The translations under genes and the position numbers were made by a program. Source: Octopus sinensis (taxonomy: Eukaryota). Taken from it: a DNA stretch of 61,921 nt. Location: NCBI RefSeq assembly GCF_006345805.1, contig NW_021832407.1, positions 1 through 61,921 of the forward strand, written 5' to 3'. Below, piece by piece: positions 38,323 to 52,029 of this stretch (its first letter is position 1; each line of letters opens with the position of its first letter). The notes under the pieces were generated by a model. It was not told where the DNA came from. It saw nothing but the letters and a program-made list of their open reading frames with translations, and searched no databases.

Positions 38323-41260
38323 ACATCAGAGGACTGCAAACACTCAGTAACAGGACAAAGATCCCGTTCCTGAGAGACTTTGTTGCATGCATCAAGCCTT
38401 ATGCATAGCACTTACAGAAACGCACCTGAAACCGGACATAGCAGATGCGGAGTTACACATACCACAGTATGCTGTACTACGGACCGACAGGAAAGAAAGG
38501 AGTCATGGAGGTGTTGCTATGTACATCCGTGAGGACCTCACACCCCAGGTCCTCTTGTCATACGCAAACTCGGTGTGTGACACACTAATTGTACATATTA
38601 GGCAACTTGATGTAGTTGTGTGTGCTACATATCGCCCTCCAGCCCCAAGCCATGTGGGCAAGTTTGAAGACTGCCTTATAAAAATAGAAGAAATTCTAAC
38701 CACATTAGAACAACACATAGGTGTGCTTCTTATGGGAGACTTCAATCTGCCCAATGTCAGATGGCCCGAGGGCCTTTCTCTCCCAGGAATGACAAGATGT
38801 GAACGAGGACAGGCGAGGTCCCTCCTGAACCTCATCAACACCCTGTACATGGAGCAGGTAATACTCCAACCAACCAGGGCAGGTAACACACTGGATCTCT
38901 GCTTCACAAATGACATGGATCTCATCCATAATGTGAAAGTGACACCGACACTACTCTCGGATCACAACATGATAGAGCTGACCATGTACGGGCCAAAAGA
39001 GAGCACGGACATGCAGCCTACAAGAAACCCTCAAAATCTTTCCAGCTTGAACTACCATAAGGCAAACTGGAAACAAATTGAGAAAGAGATCCTCAAACAA
39101 AACTGGCCTAAATGTCTCTCCTCGCCAGACATCGACGTGAAACTTCAACAATTCATGTCTGTAATGCAAGCCATATGCTACAAATGTGTCCCAGAGAGAA
39201 AGGCCACTGTACACAAGAACAAAATCCCCAGAGAGAGGAAAATTTTAATGAGACGGCGTACGAAATTTTCAAATCGCCTAAACAAACAGATTGAAAGCAG
39301 TGAAAAGTCCCGCCTAAAAATAAAACTGTTGGAAATCGAAAAATGTCTGCAACTCTCCCATGAAAAAGAAAGAGCAGACAAAGAAGCCTGGGCTTAGAAA
39401 ACATAAAATCTAACCCCAGAGCTTTCTACAGGTATGCCAAAGAAACAGCTACAGTGCACTGTAGATAGGGCCACTCCTCGAAAAGGATGGCACACTTACA
39501 GGAAAACCAATGAGGGTAAGTGAAATACTGAATGAGCAATTCAAGAGTGTTTTCACTCCACCCCTTGGGCATCTCCAAATCACCAATCCAACTGACTTTT
39601 TTACCACTGCAGATAAAAATCAGAGGCGGCGACGATAGATTACATCGATATAAAGGAAGACGATGTAACCAAGGCTATAGATGAAATGAAAACAGACTCA
39701 GCTACTGGCCCCGATGGATTCCCGGCAATCCTCCTAAAAGCATGTAAGAGAGTCCTAGCAAGACCACTGCAGTTCCTCTTTCAGAGCTTCCTTGCAGCTG
39801 GCAAACTTCCAGGAAAACTGAAGGAAGGTAAAATATGCCCCATTCATAAAGGAGGTAGCAGAGCGGAAGCCAAGAACTATAGACCTATCTCTCTGACCTC
39901 ACACATCAGCAAGGTCATGGAACGAATAGTCAGAAGGAAGCTGATCACCTTCCTTGAAGAGAATGACTTGCTGCCCGACACCCAACATGGTTTCCGACCA
40001 GGGAGAAGCTGTTTAACTCAGCTCCTACAACACTATGACTGGGTGCTGAAACGGCTGCTCAACCACTCAAATGTGGAAGTGATATATCTCGACTTTGCAA
40101 AGGCCTTTGATAAAGTCGATCATGGAATGATATGTCACAAACTGCGTGATCTCAACATAGTTGGAAAACTGGGAGAATGGCTTCATGACTTTCTGAAGGA
40201 TAGAAGTCAGGTGGTAGTAGCCAATGGGGCCACCTCCATTAACACACAAATAGTGAGCGGTGTTCCGCAGGGCACTGTTCTGGGACCACTACTGTTCATA
40301 ATGGCCCTCTCAGACATGCCCTCAGCCACGCAGAGAGCCACGATCACAAGTTATGCAGATGATACAAAAGTTTCACAGGCAATACAGAACCTGAGGACAC
40401 TAAACACCTGCAATGTGAGCTGGACGAAATATACAAGTGGGCTGAAAAGAATAGCATGCAGTTCAATGCTGGAAAGTTTCAAGCTTTATACTATCAGCAT
40501 GCAAAACTGAATGCAATACCCAATGAATACACTGGACCCGGAGGGATTGCAATCCCAGAGGCACAATCAGTGCGTGACCTGGGTATTCACATGAGTGATG
40601 ACGCGACCTTTCATGTACATGTTGCTAAACTGACAATGAAATGTAGACGGCTGGCTGGATGGATTCTTAGAACCTTAGAACAAGAGAACAGAAACCATGA
40701 TGGTCCTCTGGAAGACACTTGTCCTAAGCCACTTTGACTATTGCTCTCAGCTATGGTCACCATCCAGTGTCAAGTTGATCACAGAACTTGAGGCGATCCA
40801 ACGAAGCTACACAAAGAAGATAGCCTCTATGCAGAATGTAAGCTACTGGGAAAGACTCAAGAGATTAAAATTATATTCCCTGGAGCGTAGGCGGGAAAGA
40901 TATGCCATAATATACATCTGGAAGATCCTGGAGGGAAGTGTCCTGAACTTTGGCATCGAGAGTTACGCAAATGCCAGAACTGGGCGCCACTGCGTGGTGC
41001 CTAGGACTCCAAACCTGCCATCAAGATGTAGGACAAGATTCTGTGATAGCCTGGGCTTCCGAGGCCCACAGCTCTTCAATATCCTCCCGAAGAACCTGAG
41101 AGACCTGCATGGGGTGGATACAGATGTCTTTAAAATGAAGCTGGATCTCTTCCTGTCAGGTGTCCCAGATGAACCAACTTCACGGCAGGAGGGGCAGATG
41201 AGGGCAGCTGCATCGAACTCTCTCATGCACCAAATAGCAGTTGCTAGAAAGCCTCCATGA
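38274..41260 (+). CDS. LINE ORF2: AP endonuclease + reverse transcriptase, interrupted by at least six single-base frameshifts
   Basis: [42 protein letters not shown]; [62 protein letters not shown]. Confidence 0.92.
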
Positions 41261-41387
41261 AGTGAAACCAAGTAGCAACACCAAATGGCGGTGCCCCAGC
41301 ATGGCCACAGCTCATAAGCTGAAACTAGAATCAATCAATCAATCAATCATCAATCAATATTATATTATGTATATATATATATATGTA

Positions 41388-41464
<77 letters not shown>

Positions 41465-41545
41465 GCATATTGTTGAGGGGCCTTACGCATCTGATTCTCA
41501 ATTAAATGAGGTAGGAAAGAACGCTCCAATAATGTATATATATAT

Positions 41546-41586
<41 letters not shown>

Positions 41587-41998
41587 TATATATATATATA
41601 TATATATAATAATATCTATATAAAAGACTCCGCTGGTTACGACGACGAGGGTCCCAGCTGATCGATCAACGGAACAGCTTGCTCGTGAAATTAACGTGCA
41701 AATGGCTGAGCATTCCACAGACCGTGTACCCTAACATAGTTCTCGGGATAATCAGCCGTACACAGAGAGTGACAAGGCTGACCCTTTGAAATACAAGTAC
41801 AACTCATTTTTTGCCAGCGAGTGGACTGGAGCAACGTGAAATAAGTGTCTTGCTCAAGGACACAACGCGTCGCCGGGATCGAACTCACACCTTACGATCA
41901 TGAGCCGATGCCTAACCACTAAGCACGCGCCCTCACTATATATATAATATTGTATAGTATATATATATGTGTGTGTATGTATATATATATATATATAT

Positions 41999-42050
<52 letters not shown>

Positions 42051-42304
42051 CGTCCATACATGTATGTAATAATGCGTCAATACATACATCATATAGATAT
42101 ATATACATACATATATGTATGTATATATACATACATATATGTATGTATTATTATATACATATGTGTATATTTGTATATATGTGTATACGCAGAGATATAT
42201 TTATATATATATGTATGTATTATGTATACACATGTATAGTATATGCATTTATATATATATATATATATGTATGTATATGTATACACATGTATATGTAATG
42301 CATT

Positions 42305-42383
<79 letters not shown>

Positions 42384-42709
42384 GAATGTGTACGTGTGTA
42401 TTTATCACACGTGATTCCTTAATGACAACTTAATAGACCGTCTGCTGCCATATTGATGTCTTGGAGTCGGGATTTGGCGACAGAACTGTGACCATATCTA
42501 ATAATATCATGACTTGTAGTCGCCATTAAGATTTGTCTCATATCCAACCGTCATATGTTCAGAATGACACTTCATTATGACGCTAGATTATATCATTTCA
42601 TATTATATGTACTTGTACAATGTTGATCTCCCTTGGATAAATCTCCTGTGGAATCTGTCAAACACTCTCCTACACATGGCCATATATGGAAATCTATGCA
42701 TATATATAT

Positions 42710-42743
<34 letters not shown>

Positions 42744-43353
42744 GTGTATAATATATACGTGCATATACGTAAACACACATATATACAAACACAAGCACGT
42801 ACATACCTACATCAATATACACACCCTGTATATATATATATTATATATATATATATATGTAGGTGGTTTGAATATAAATGGTTATGCATGTGTAATACCA
42901 AAATCATTATATGTGTATTCATTATGTATGGATGTATATTATAAACAAATGTATGCTATGTACGTACTTAGATGCGCATATATATGCGTACATACAAAAT
43001 GTAATTATATTCGTATACACACCACAAACATACACACCCGCACATATGTATACCTGTCTGAGATTGATGAAGAATTTATTGGACCACCCTTTCCTACATC
43101 ATTTAATACCGCTAAATTATATATATATATATAAAAGCATGTATAAGAATATGTGTATATGTCCGCATCTATGTGTGTGTATATATACACACACACACAC
43201 GTATTTATAGACATAGAAATACATATGCATATATATATATATATTTATACATATCCCCCTATCTACCTACCTACACCCACATATTTATCCATTCATAGAA
43301 ATGTGTACATAAGTATGTTTCTATCTATATGGTTATTATTCAAAAAAAAAAAA

Positions 43354-43456
<103 letters not shown>

Positions 43457-43639
43457 ATTATATATATATATATGTGTGTGTTTGTGTATATATATATAAT
43501 TATATATATAATCACACACACATACACACAAGCGCGCGCGTGCACTTATACACATAATGTTTTGCAAAAAATGCTCGATACAGTCACAATATTTATGAAT
43601 TTGTTTTTTTAAAGTTATCAGCTTTTGAAAAGGAAGTTT

Positions 43640-44690
43640 GTAAGAAACAACATATTACAAACGTTTGGGAAATATTTTTTCGTATTTTGTGTACTTTGTG
43701 TGTAAGTACTTTCGTTGTTCAACTTTTCAAGCGAAAGTGTTCTGGTCTAACCCGTTCAGACGAGGCTGTTCCCAATAATGTTGTTGAGTGTTTCCGGTTT
43801 AGTTTCGGATTTAGAATTTTTATAAATTATTCTTCGTTTGCTTTTTGCAGGTGATTATTCTTGTGCTCTAGTTTGAAAATCACAAGTTGAACTAAATGAG
43901 TTCCCCCAATAACAGAAATATCTCCCAAAGTTAATAAATAGTACCATAACCAAAGCAAAATAAATCTTGCTCTCTACCGTACGGAGAAACACTCACAAAT
44001 ATGAAAATTCCATTGTAGTCACCCACAATGACAACATTCTACATTCAGCCAAACGATACATTCTAATTCTACATCAGTTATCGAATGTCTGACAAATAGT
44101 AAAATAATCTCAAAGCTTCGACAGCTGAAGACAGCCACCAACTATCAAGAGACTCCAAATAGAGCCGAGATTCACATTTGGAAAGAAATAATGCAGGTAA
44201 GGAACTGTTGAGATACTCGATGTGAGATGTGAAATAATCGAACAAGGAACAACCAAAAGATTGAAGAATAGAAAGGATCTGAAAGTGAGATAAAACATGA
44301 GCTGCAAAGCAAAAAAAAAAGCTTATCTACTGCATCACATGCCTACAAAGTAATGAGAATTACATTGGAGAAACGGGAACAAAACTAATGAACCGTGTGA
44401 GAATGCACAAACAGCAAACTATTAATTCATCCCTTAGAAATACTCTATGTTGTGAACGTCTAGACATTTGTGCAAATGGGAAAATTAAAAATATTCCCCT
44501 TTTGCAAAATAAGAGGCGAAAACGATCAACTACGAAAGGCAAAATAGAATACTTTATAAGAATTCGAAATTCGAAACAAAAGCGGAAATAGTCAACACCT
44601 TTACTAAAAATAAGTTCCTCTGTAAGGATTAGTTCAGAACACGTGTCTCTGAAAATCCGAAGAGAAAAAAGAGCAAAACCAAAAAACAAA
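43640..44690 (+). mobile_element. Degenerate Penelope-like element (RT thumb + GIY-YIG) with 5' inverted copy of its 3' end
   Basis: QKYLPKLINSTITKAK (~43912); LIYCITCLQSNENYIGETGTKLMNRVRMHKQQ from 44322; minus strand at ~43770-43830 gives EE*FIKILNPKLNRK, homologous to plus-strand EYFIRIRNSKQKRK. Confidence 0.85.
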
Positions 44691-46984
44691 AAAAACTTTT
44701 GCTCCCAAAATACGCTCTATACAAAAGCTTCTTCCTCTGAGGTTTGTCACGTTCTACTTTTTATTCTTAAATAACTTTTTTTTAAATAATTGAATATTTA
44801 AAAAAATTCTGTTTTAAATACACACACAGACACACAGACGCGCGCTCGTGCGCACACACACATGCACACAAAGAAAAACACAAACATACACACACACACG
44901 CACACACGTACGCGCGCACACGCACACATACGCGCGTTCGCACACACACACACACGCACATACACACACGCACATACACACACGTACACACACACACGCA
45001 GACAAACACACACACGCACATACACACACACGTACACACACACACGCACACACACACGGAGACAAACACACGTGCATACACACACACACACATGTACACA
45101 CACACATGTACACACACACATGTACACACACACACAGATAACCTAAATAAGAAGACAAAGAAAGATTTTAACACATTTCAACGACCAGTTACCATTGTTT
45201 CTGTTCCAGATCTGCTTTCAACCCCAGTTTACACAAAATTTCAAAGGTGTGCTTTTACAGTTACCCACCCCACACGCACGCACTACATATGTACATACAT
45301 ACATATAACATACAGACAGACACACACACATACATTCATACATACATAAATAGTATCACTCAAAAATCGAGAGAAATTATAAGGATGGGAAGCCAAGTGA
45401 ATAATCAGAGGGAAGTAAATAAACGAAAAAAATAATACAAAACGTTTCATTTATGAATTTGCATTGCAAGATTCTTGATGTGAAACCGTGTGTTGAAACA
45501 AATATTGTTGTATTTCAGGATTCTTCTATTCTGTCATATGTTTCAGTCATTTGACTGCGGTCATGCTGGAGCACTGCTTTTAGTCGAACAAGTCGATCCC
45601 ATGACTTATTCTTTGTAAGCCTTGTACTTATCCTATCGGTCTCTTTTGCCGAACCGCTAGATTACGGGGACGTAAACACACCAGCATCGGTTGTCAAGTG
45701 ATGGCGGGCTAACAAACACATATACGACGGGCTTCTTTCAGTTTCCGTCTACCAAATCCACTCACAAGGCGTCGGTCGGCCCGAGACTATAGTAGAAGAC
45801 ACTTGCTCAAGGTGCCACGCAGTGAGACTGAACCCAGAACCGTGTGGTTGTTAGGTAAGCTACTTACCACACAGTCACGCCTGCGCCTATGGTCATTATT
45901 GGTTTTGCCAAATAACCACACGCATTATATACTGGTTCTTCACTCATTTATTACTGTTCTTATTCTAACTCATGTCCATTGTCCAGAAATCTTTCGTCAC
46001 ACATCTGTGACCTCTTCATAAATATCTTTGGAGCATCATCCAAGGTCTAGATTGTTGTTCTTGTTATATGATATGTTTAACTGGTAAGATGAAGTTTTAT
46101 TTGAGGGCATAGGTGCAGTGTGTACTGGATCCGGAACCTACCATTGTAGGGTCGACACTTTTATTAGTTTACGATCCGGATGTATTTCTAGTGTCTCCAG
46201 TTCATTGTCTTTTCTTATTTCTTTATTGCCCATAGGGGGCTAAACATAGAGGGGACAAACAAGGACAGACAAAGGGATTAAGTCGATTACATCGACCCCA
46301 GTGCGTAACTGGTACTTAATTTATCGACCCCGAAAGGATGAAAGGCAAAGTTGACCTCGGCAGACGAAATACCTGTTTCTTTATGCCCATAGGGGGCTAA
46401 ACATAGAGGGGACAAACAAGGAGAGACAAACGGATTAAGTCGATTACATCGACCCCAGTGCGTAACTGGTACTTAATTTATCGACCTCGAAAGGATGAAA
46501 GGCAAAGTCGACCTCGGCGGAATTTGAACTCAGAACGTAACGACTGATGAAATACGGCTACGCATTTCGCCCGGAGTGCTAACGTTTCTTCGGCCATAGT
46601 TATTAGGATAATGTGTAAAAAAATACGGGTGTAGAAAATATGGCCTGCAATAGGAAAGAACTTGGATAATTGAATGTATTGATTAAGAGATGGTTTAGTA
46701 TTAGGAATATTAGCGTAGGTGAGATCGTCATAGTAGAGCTAAGAAGTGATAACATCACAGGGTACAATACCTAAAGACCATTGTTGCTGCTGTCATCTTT
46801 TTCGTTGCTATGTGCCCCGTAATAATTCTCATTTGATCCGAATTTTCCTTTCCTGCAAAGTCAGAATCAAAATATTTCAGAATGTAAGTGATATAATCAT
46901 TTATAACTGGGAAAATTTTCAGTTATTTTTATCAAAAACTTCACATGAAATAAATAAAAGCGGTTTACTTTTTGACTCACCCTC

Positions 46985-47065
<81 letters not shown>

Positions 47066-47066
<1 letters not shown>

Positions 47067-47354
47067 TAGCAGTATCGCCCGGCGTTGCTCGGTTTTGTAA
47101 GGGAAATAACTATATAAGCATTTTTAGAGAGTTACTTCCCTTATATAACCCGAGAAAAAATCATTAAAAATGCGGAAAAATGATGGTAAATTTTTTTTTA
47201 ATCGTAGACTCATCGTAGACGCGCGCTAATACCCAGAAGGGCTCGATATGGATGACGACTATAAGATACCCGCTTTTGGTTAAACTGCACTGCAAAATGT
47301 GGGAGTAGTTAGGAATCTAAATCGGAGGAGACAGAGTCTCACACACACAACTTC

Positions 47355-47362
<8 letters not shown>
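47066..47362 (-). mobile_element. Non-autonomous Helitron-like element
   Basis: Sense 3' end ccgagcaacgccggg hairpin followed by CTAG; 5' (TA)n-aaaattgaagttgtgtgtg. Confidence 0.65.
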
Positions 47363-47416
<54 letters not shown>

Positions 47417-47555
47417 TTATATAAGGAAAGTTTACGAAAATGAACAAAAGACGAAGGCAGGTGGAGTACAAACAAACAAATGTATTAGTATAGCGCTCAG
47501 GAATAGAAAAAGTGGAGTGCTTAGTTTCTTACACTTTAATTTCACTTTAATTTAA

Positions 47556-47604
<49 letters not shown>

Positions 47605-48089
47605 TGGTACCCCGTCGGTTACGACGACGAGGGTTCCAGTTGATCAACGGAATAGCCTGCTCGAGAAATTAGTGCAAGAAACTAAGCACTCCACAGACAC
47701 ATGTACCCTTAATGTATTTCTGGGGGAGACTCAGTTTGACACAGAATGTGACAATGCTGACCCTTTGAAATATAGGTACAACAGAAACAGGAAGAAAGAG
47801 TGAAAGTTGCGGTGAAAGAGTAGAGAAGGGTTCGCCACCACCCTCTGCCGGTACCTTGTGGAGCTTAACATGTTTTCGTTCAATAAACACACATATATAT
47901 ATACACATATATACATATATACATATATACGTATATATTTATACACATATATATATACATATATATATACATATAGACACACATATATACATGTATACAC
48001 ATAGAAGTATACATATATATATATACATATATATATACAATATATATGTGCGTGTGTGTGTGTGTGTGTATGCATGATATATATGTGCA

Positions 48090-48091
48090 TC

Positions 48092-48122
<31 letters not shown>

Positions 48123-49840
48123 ACTGAGAATGTGTTTGTCTGTCTGTGTGTTTCCCTAAAACTTGAGAACTATACAACCAATTTCATTCAAATTTTACAC
48201 ATGCTTTACTTAGAATCTGGGGAGTGTCATCGGCAAAATTTTTTTAAACTTTTATCCTTGGGCGAGCCCACAGCAATATCATATCTTCTCCACTACGATT
48301 CCCTAAAACTTGAGAGCTACACAACCAATTTCGTTCAAATTTTACACATGCCTTACTTAGGGGCCATGCAGTTATATGGGCAAAATAAGTTCAACTTCTT
48401 GCCTAGGGCGAGCCCAAAGCAATATCATATCTTCTCCACTATTTCAGTATTACGTTTTAAAAGTGAAACAAAAACATTTCTCTATTCTATGTCTGATATT
48501 TTCACTTTAACAATAAAAATTAGAGATAATAATAACAATTGAATTATATGTAGTTAGTAATAATTAAAATCAAACTAAAGTATAATATAATAATTAAATC
48601 GTAACATAACAATTAAAAGTAAAAATACAATTGGTATAAAATTGCCTCAATGACTTGAACTTGAATAAGTGGTTTCACATGAATGGGAATAAATTAAAAA
48701 TAAAATTAGTGTGCAGAAATGGAATATTCCAGATGGAGCTGTGCACATACCATTTACCACGGCTTTTACATCAGATTATCTGTTAATTAGCTAGCATCAA
48801 GTATCTATATGAAGTTTGGCTGTATGTAATGTCTGTTTTCTAGAACAGCGGCTTCTTCTGAGTACTGTTGTTAGTTTATTTCTTATACATAAAGGACTAT
48901 AGCTTCAACTGTGTACTGCTTTTTGATTCACCGTAAGGTTTGTTGCTTTTATTATTACTGTTTAACTATTGTTATCACGTATGTTGGTTCCTCGTAAGGG
49001 AAACATTGTTGTGTTGCATTTGTTAAATAATTGTAAACTGTAACCCTCCCCCTTTGGGAGAAGGAGCTTTGGTTATTGTTTAAAAATTGAATTATGTCTC
49101 TGTTTGGGGAAATTGACAATATTTTCACGGAAGCTTTTTTGTTAGAATGCTTTCGATAGAAGAAAGTCCAGAAATGAATTTCGCTGCAGTTGTCAGCGGG
49201 CGCGAACTCATTAAAATTAAAATGGAAGAAATACAAACCTATTTCGGATTGATCACCGACAAAGACAGTGAATCTAGGATAACACCACCAAACGAAATAA
49301 AAAATTAAATTAAAGAAAAGATAATTGTCTATAAAGTATACAATGTAGAGAAAGAAAAAACAGATTTGAACACCTGGAGGAAAGCACACATTGAAAAGTG
49401 TCTTGGTGCGACTATGAAAGATATCAAGTATCTAACTAGAGGAGGTAAATTCGCCACAATAGAAGCAAGGTTCGAGTCAACGGAGCGTGCAAGTGAGTAC
49501 TCGACTCGAAACTTGCAAAGTGGAAATATTTTATTTTTACCTTTATATCTGACCCGGATAAAAATTTAAAATGTCCCACCAGAAGTAGAGGTAGGCTGGA
49601 TTGTAGCCACGCTGCTATACAAGAGGGAGGACAAGATACAATTTATCGAAATTGCAAGAGACGGGCCTACAATTACAGTCTGTTGTATATTTTGAGTATT
49701 GTTATCACAAGCGGTATTAAGATATAACTTTGTATTTTGTATTTTATGTGTAGATGCATATATATAGATGTACATGTAATATGTACACATATATACATGC
49801 ACTAGCACTATGACTCAGCAATGACGGGTCATAATGCTAG
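48090..49840 (+). mobile_element. Helitron-like element (5' TCTATA.., 3' hairpin + CTAG); continuity between the two ends uncertain
   Basis: 5' block ctgagaatgtgtttgtctgtctgtg..actatacaaccaatttcattcaaattttacacatgc also at 49855; ctagcactatgac..gtcataatgctag hairpin at 49802-49840. Confidence 0.5.
49140..49670 (+). pseudogene. Degenerate LINE ORF1-like (RRM-type) fragment
   Basis: Composition-rich peptide ..KYLTRGGKFATIEARFES..LFLPLYLTRIKI/NVPPEVEVGWIVATLL resembles the V.I.NVPP motif of L1/Tx1 ORF1. Confidence 0.4.
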
Positions 49841-49844
49841 TATA

Positions 49845-50200
49845 TATATATAAAACTGAGGATGTGTGTGTGTCTGTCTGTGTAAATCCCTAAAACATGA
49901 GAACTATACAACAAATTTCATTCAAATTTTACACATGCCTTACTTAGGGTCCAAGGAGTGTCATGGGCTCGCCCTGGGCGACATTGGGGCGATTGTACAC
50001 AGCTACCGGCCCACAGTCGACGCTATGGCGACCAGAGCTCGCTCTGGGCGACTGTACACAGCTACCGGCCCTCAGTCGACGCTATGGCATTGATGTCAAT
50101 AATACAAACGGGTTGGGTTGGGTTGGGTTGGGTTGGGTTAGGAAGAAAGAAAGAAAGAATTTCCATTATTAACGGAGAACTGTAGCGCGAAGGGAGCATA
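49845..50200 (+). mobile_element. Second Helitron-like 5' portion, head-to-tail after the first
   Basis: Shares the 5' block with 48115-48250. Confidence 0.55.
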
Positions 50201-50995
50201 AAAAAATAACCCTACCTCAGTTGTTGTTAGTTTTACCTGCAAGCATTGCAAAGAGATGTGTCTTCGTCAAAGCAATTGCTCCCCTAAAGCAAATTAAAAA
50301 AAATTTGAGATACGTGGAACGTCAAAGCTGCTAACAAAAACAGGACAGTAAAAATTTTCGGTAAGGGCTGTTTAACCCTAACGAGGTGAAGTGGTGAACG
50401 CTTGAGAAAGAAAGCTCTGTCAAGAGACAGACGAGAATACATGAACGAGAAGAAAAAGAATTACATTTAGAAATAGATCTACAATTATTGAGGACAGAAT
50501 TTGAGTTAGAAATAGAGAACTATAAATATTGAATTATGCATAAAGTGGTGGCTTACATTCGGGGCTTCCAATTTCGCTGTAAAATATAAGATAGTCGCAA
50601 AATCATCGCACATGTCACCATCGATTACAAACACCGGTGGAAGATAAAAGTTCCAGCGGACATTCTTGTTCTTTCGTTTGTACAAGGATCGTATTATGTT
50701 TCGACTTAAAATAAATTATAGATACAAATATAATGTATAGAAATATATAAAAACCAGAATAGAAAATAAACGTATATAAAATGAGATAACATGAGATATC
50801 AAGGTGTTATAAACTTGAAGCCTACTAGAATATCATAGATTATATATATTAATTCGTCCAATCAGTTCTGTCCAATTTTACCTTTTTTTTAGATTTGAAT
50901 GAAATTTAATAGTATTTGCAAATGTCTAATTCAAATAAAAATTATTTTTATGCATTTGTGTACGTTTAAACTAATTCAATATTGTTTTACAAAAT

Positions 50996-52010
50996 AATAG
51001 AGGGTGTCCACAAAGTCTGCGTACATGGGGATTAGCACATACTTTTAAAACAAAACAATTTTATTTAATTATAATGTTAATAAATAATATTTTCAAAGTG
51101 ATTTCCATCATTTTCAATACATAACTTGATGCGCCTTGCAAAATTCAGGTGAACTTGATTAAATAAGTCTACATTGCAATCAATTTCTGCACACTGACTG
51201 GTAATGCGTTCTGTCATGTGTTTTAAATCTGTAATCTTTATTGTAATCTTTCTCTTTCAACATACCCCAGAAAAAGAAATCAAGGGGAGAAAGGTCTGGT
51301 GAACGAGGGGACCTTTCCATATGACTCCTTCTTCCAATCCAGTGAGGAAAAGTGTCATTAAGCCAATCTCTAACAGTTGTGGTAAAATGGGTAGGGGCCC
51401 CATCCTGCTGAAACCAATTCGGAAGGCCCTCGCCTAGGCGCTCAATTTGAGATATTAATTTATCTCTCAATATGTTTACATAAGTCTTATCCGTTACATG
51501 TTCAATGAAGAAGGGTCCTAGAACATGAGCTTTCCACAAACCACACCACACCATCACCTTTTTGCTGCCTTGCTGTTTGGATAGATCCATCCAATGTGGA
51601 TTACCTCGAGACCAGTATAGAAGATTCTGTCTGTTGACCTCACCATTTACATAAAACGTAGCTTTGTCACTGAACAACACAAAGTTCTTCGTAAAATTGA
51701 TATTTTCATCCAATTTATCTGAAAACCATTCGCACGTCTACATTCGTCTATCAGGGTCGTCTTCATTTCAGTGATGCAATATCTGTAGGTTGTATCGACG
51801 AAACTTTTCCTCAACCAACATTTTGTGGATGGTCAGTTTTGGAACACCTTACACCGTGGATGTCCGACGAAGTGATTTCTTTGGGCTAGCAGTAACTTTA
51901 GCCACGACAGCCTCTTTCGTTTCATCTGAAGTCTTTGGTCGCCCGGAACGGGGGTTATCCAAAACACTGCCTGTTTCTTTAAATTTCTTGATCAATTTCC
52001 CGACGGCAGT
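50996..52010 (-). mobile_element. Tc1/mariner DD41D (rosa/VS)-like transposase relic with one TIR
   Basis: FSDKATF..NRQN..YWS..NPH; FQQDGAPTH; WIGR..SPRSPDLSPLDFFFWG (40 aa between D2 and D3 in this copy); agggtgtcc TIR at ~50999. Confidence 0.85.
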
Positions 52011-52029
52011 AAAAAAAAATAGGTTGCCT

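Larger units (their letters stand above)
37346..41357 (+). mobile_element. Near full-length CR1-clade LINE with (CAAT)n tail
   Basis: ORF1 plus APE-RT ORF2 plus 3' UTR ending gaaactagaatcaatcaatcaatc. Confidence 0.92.
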
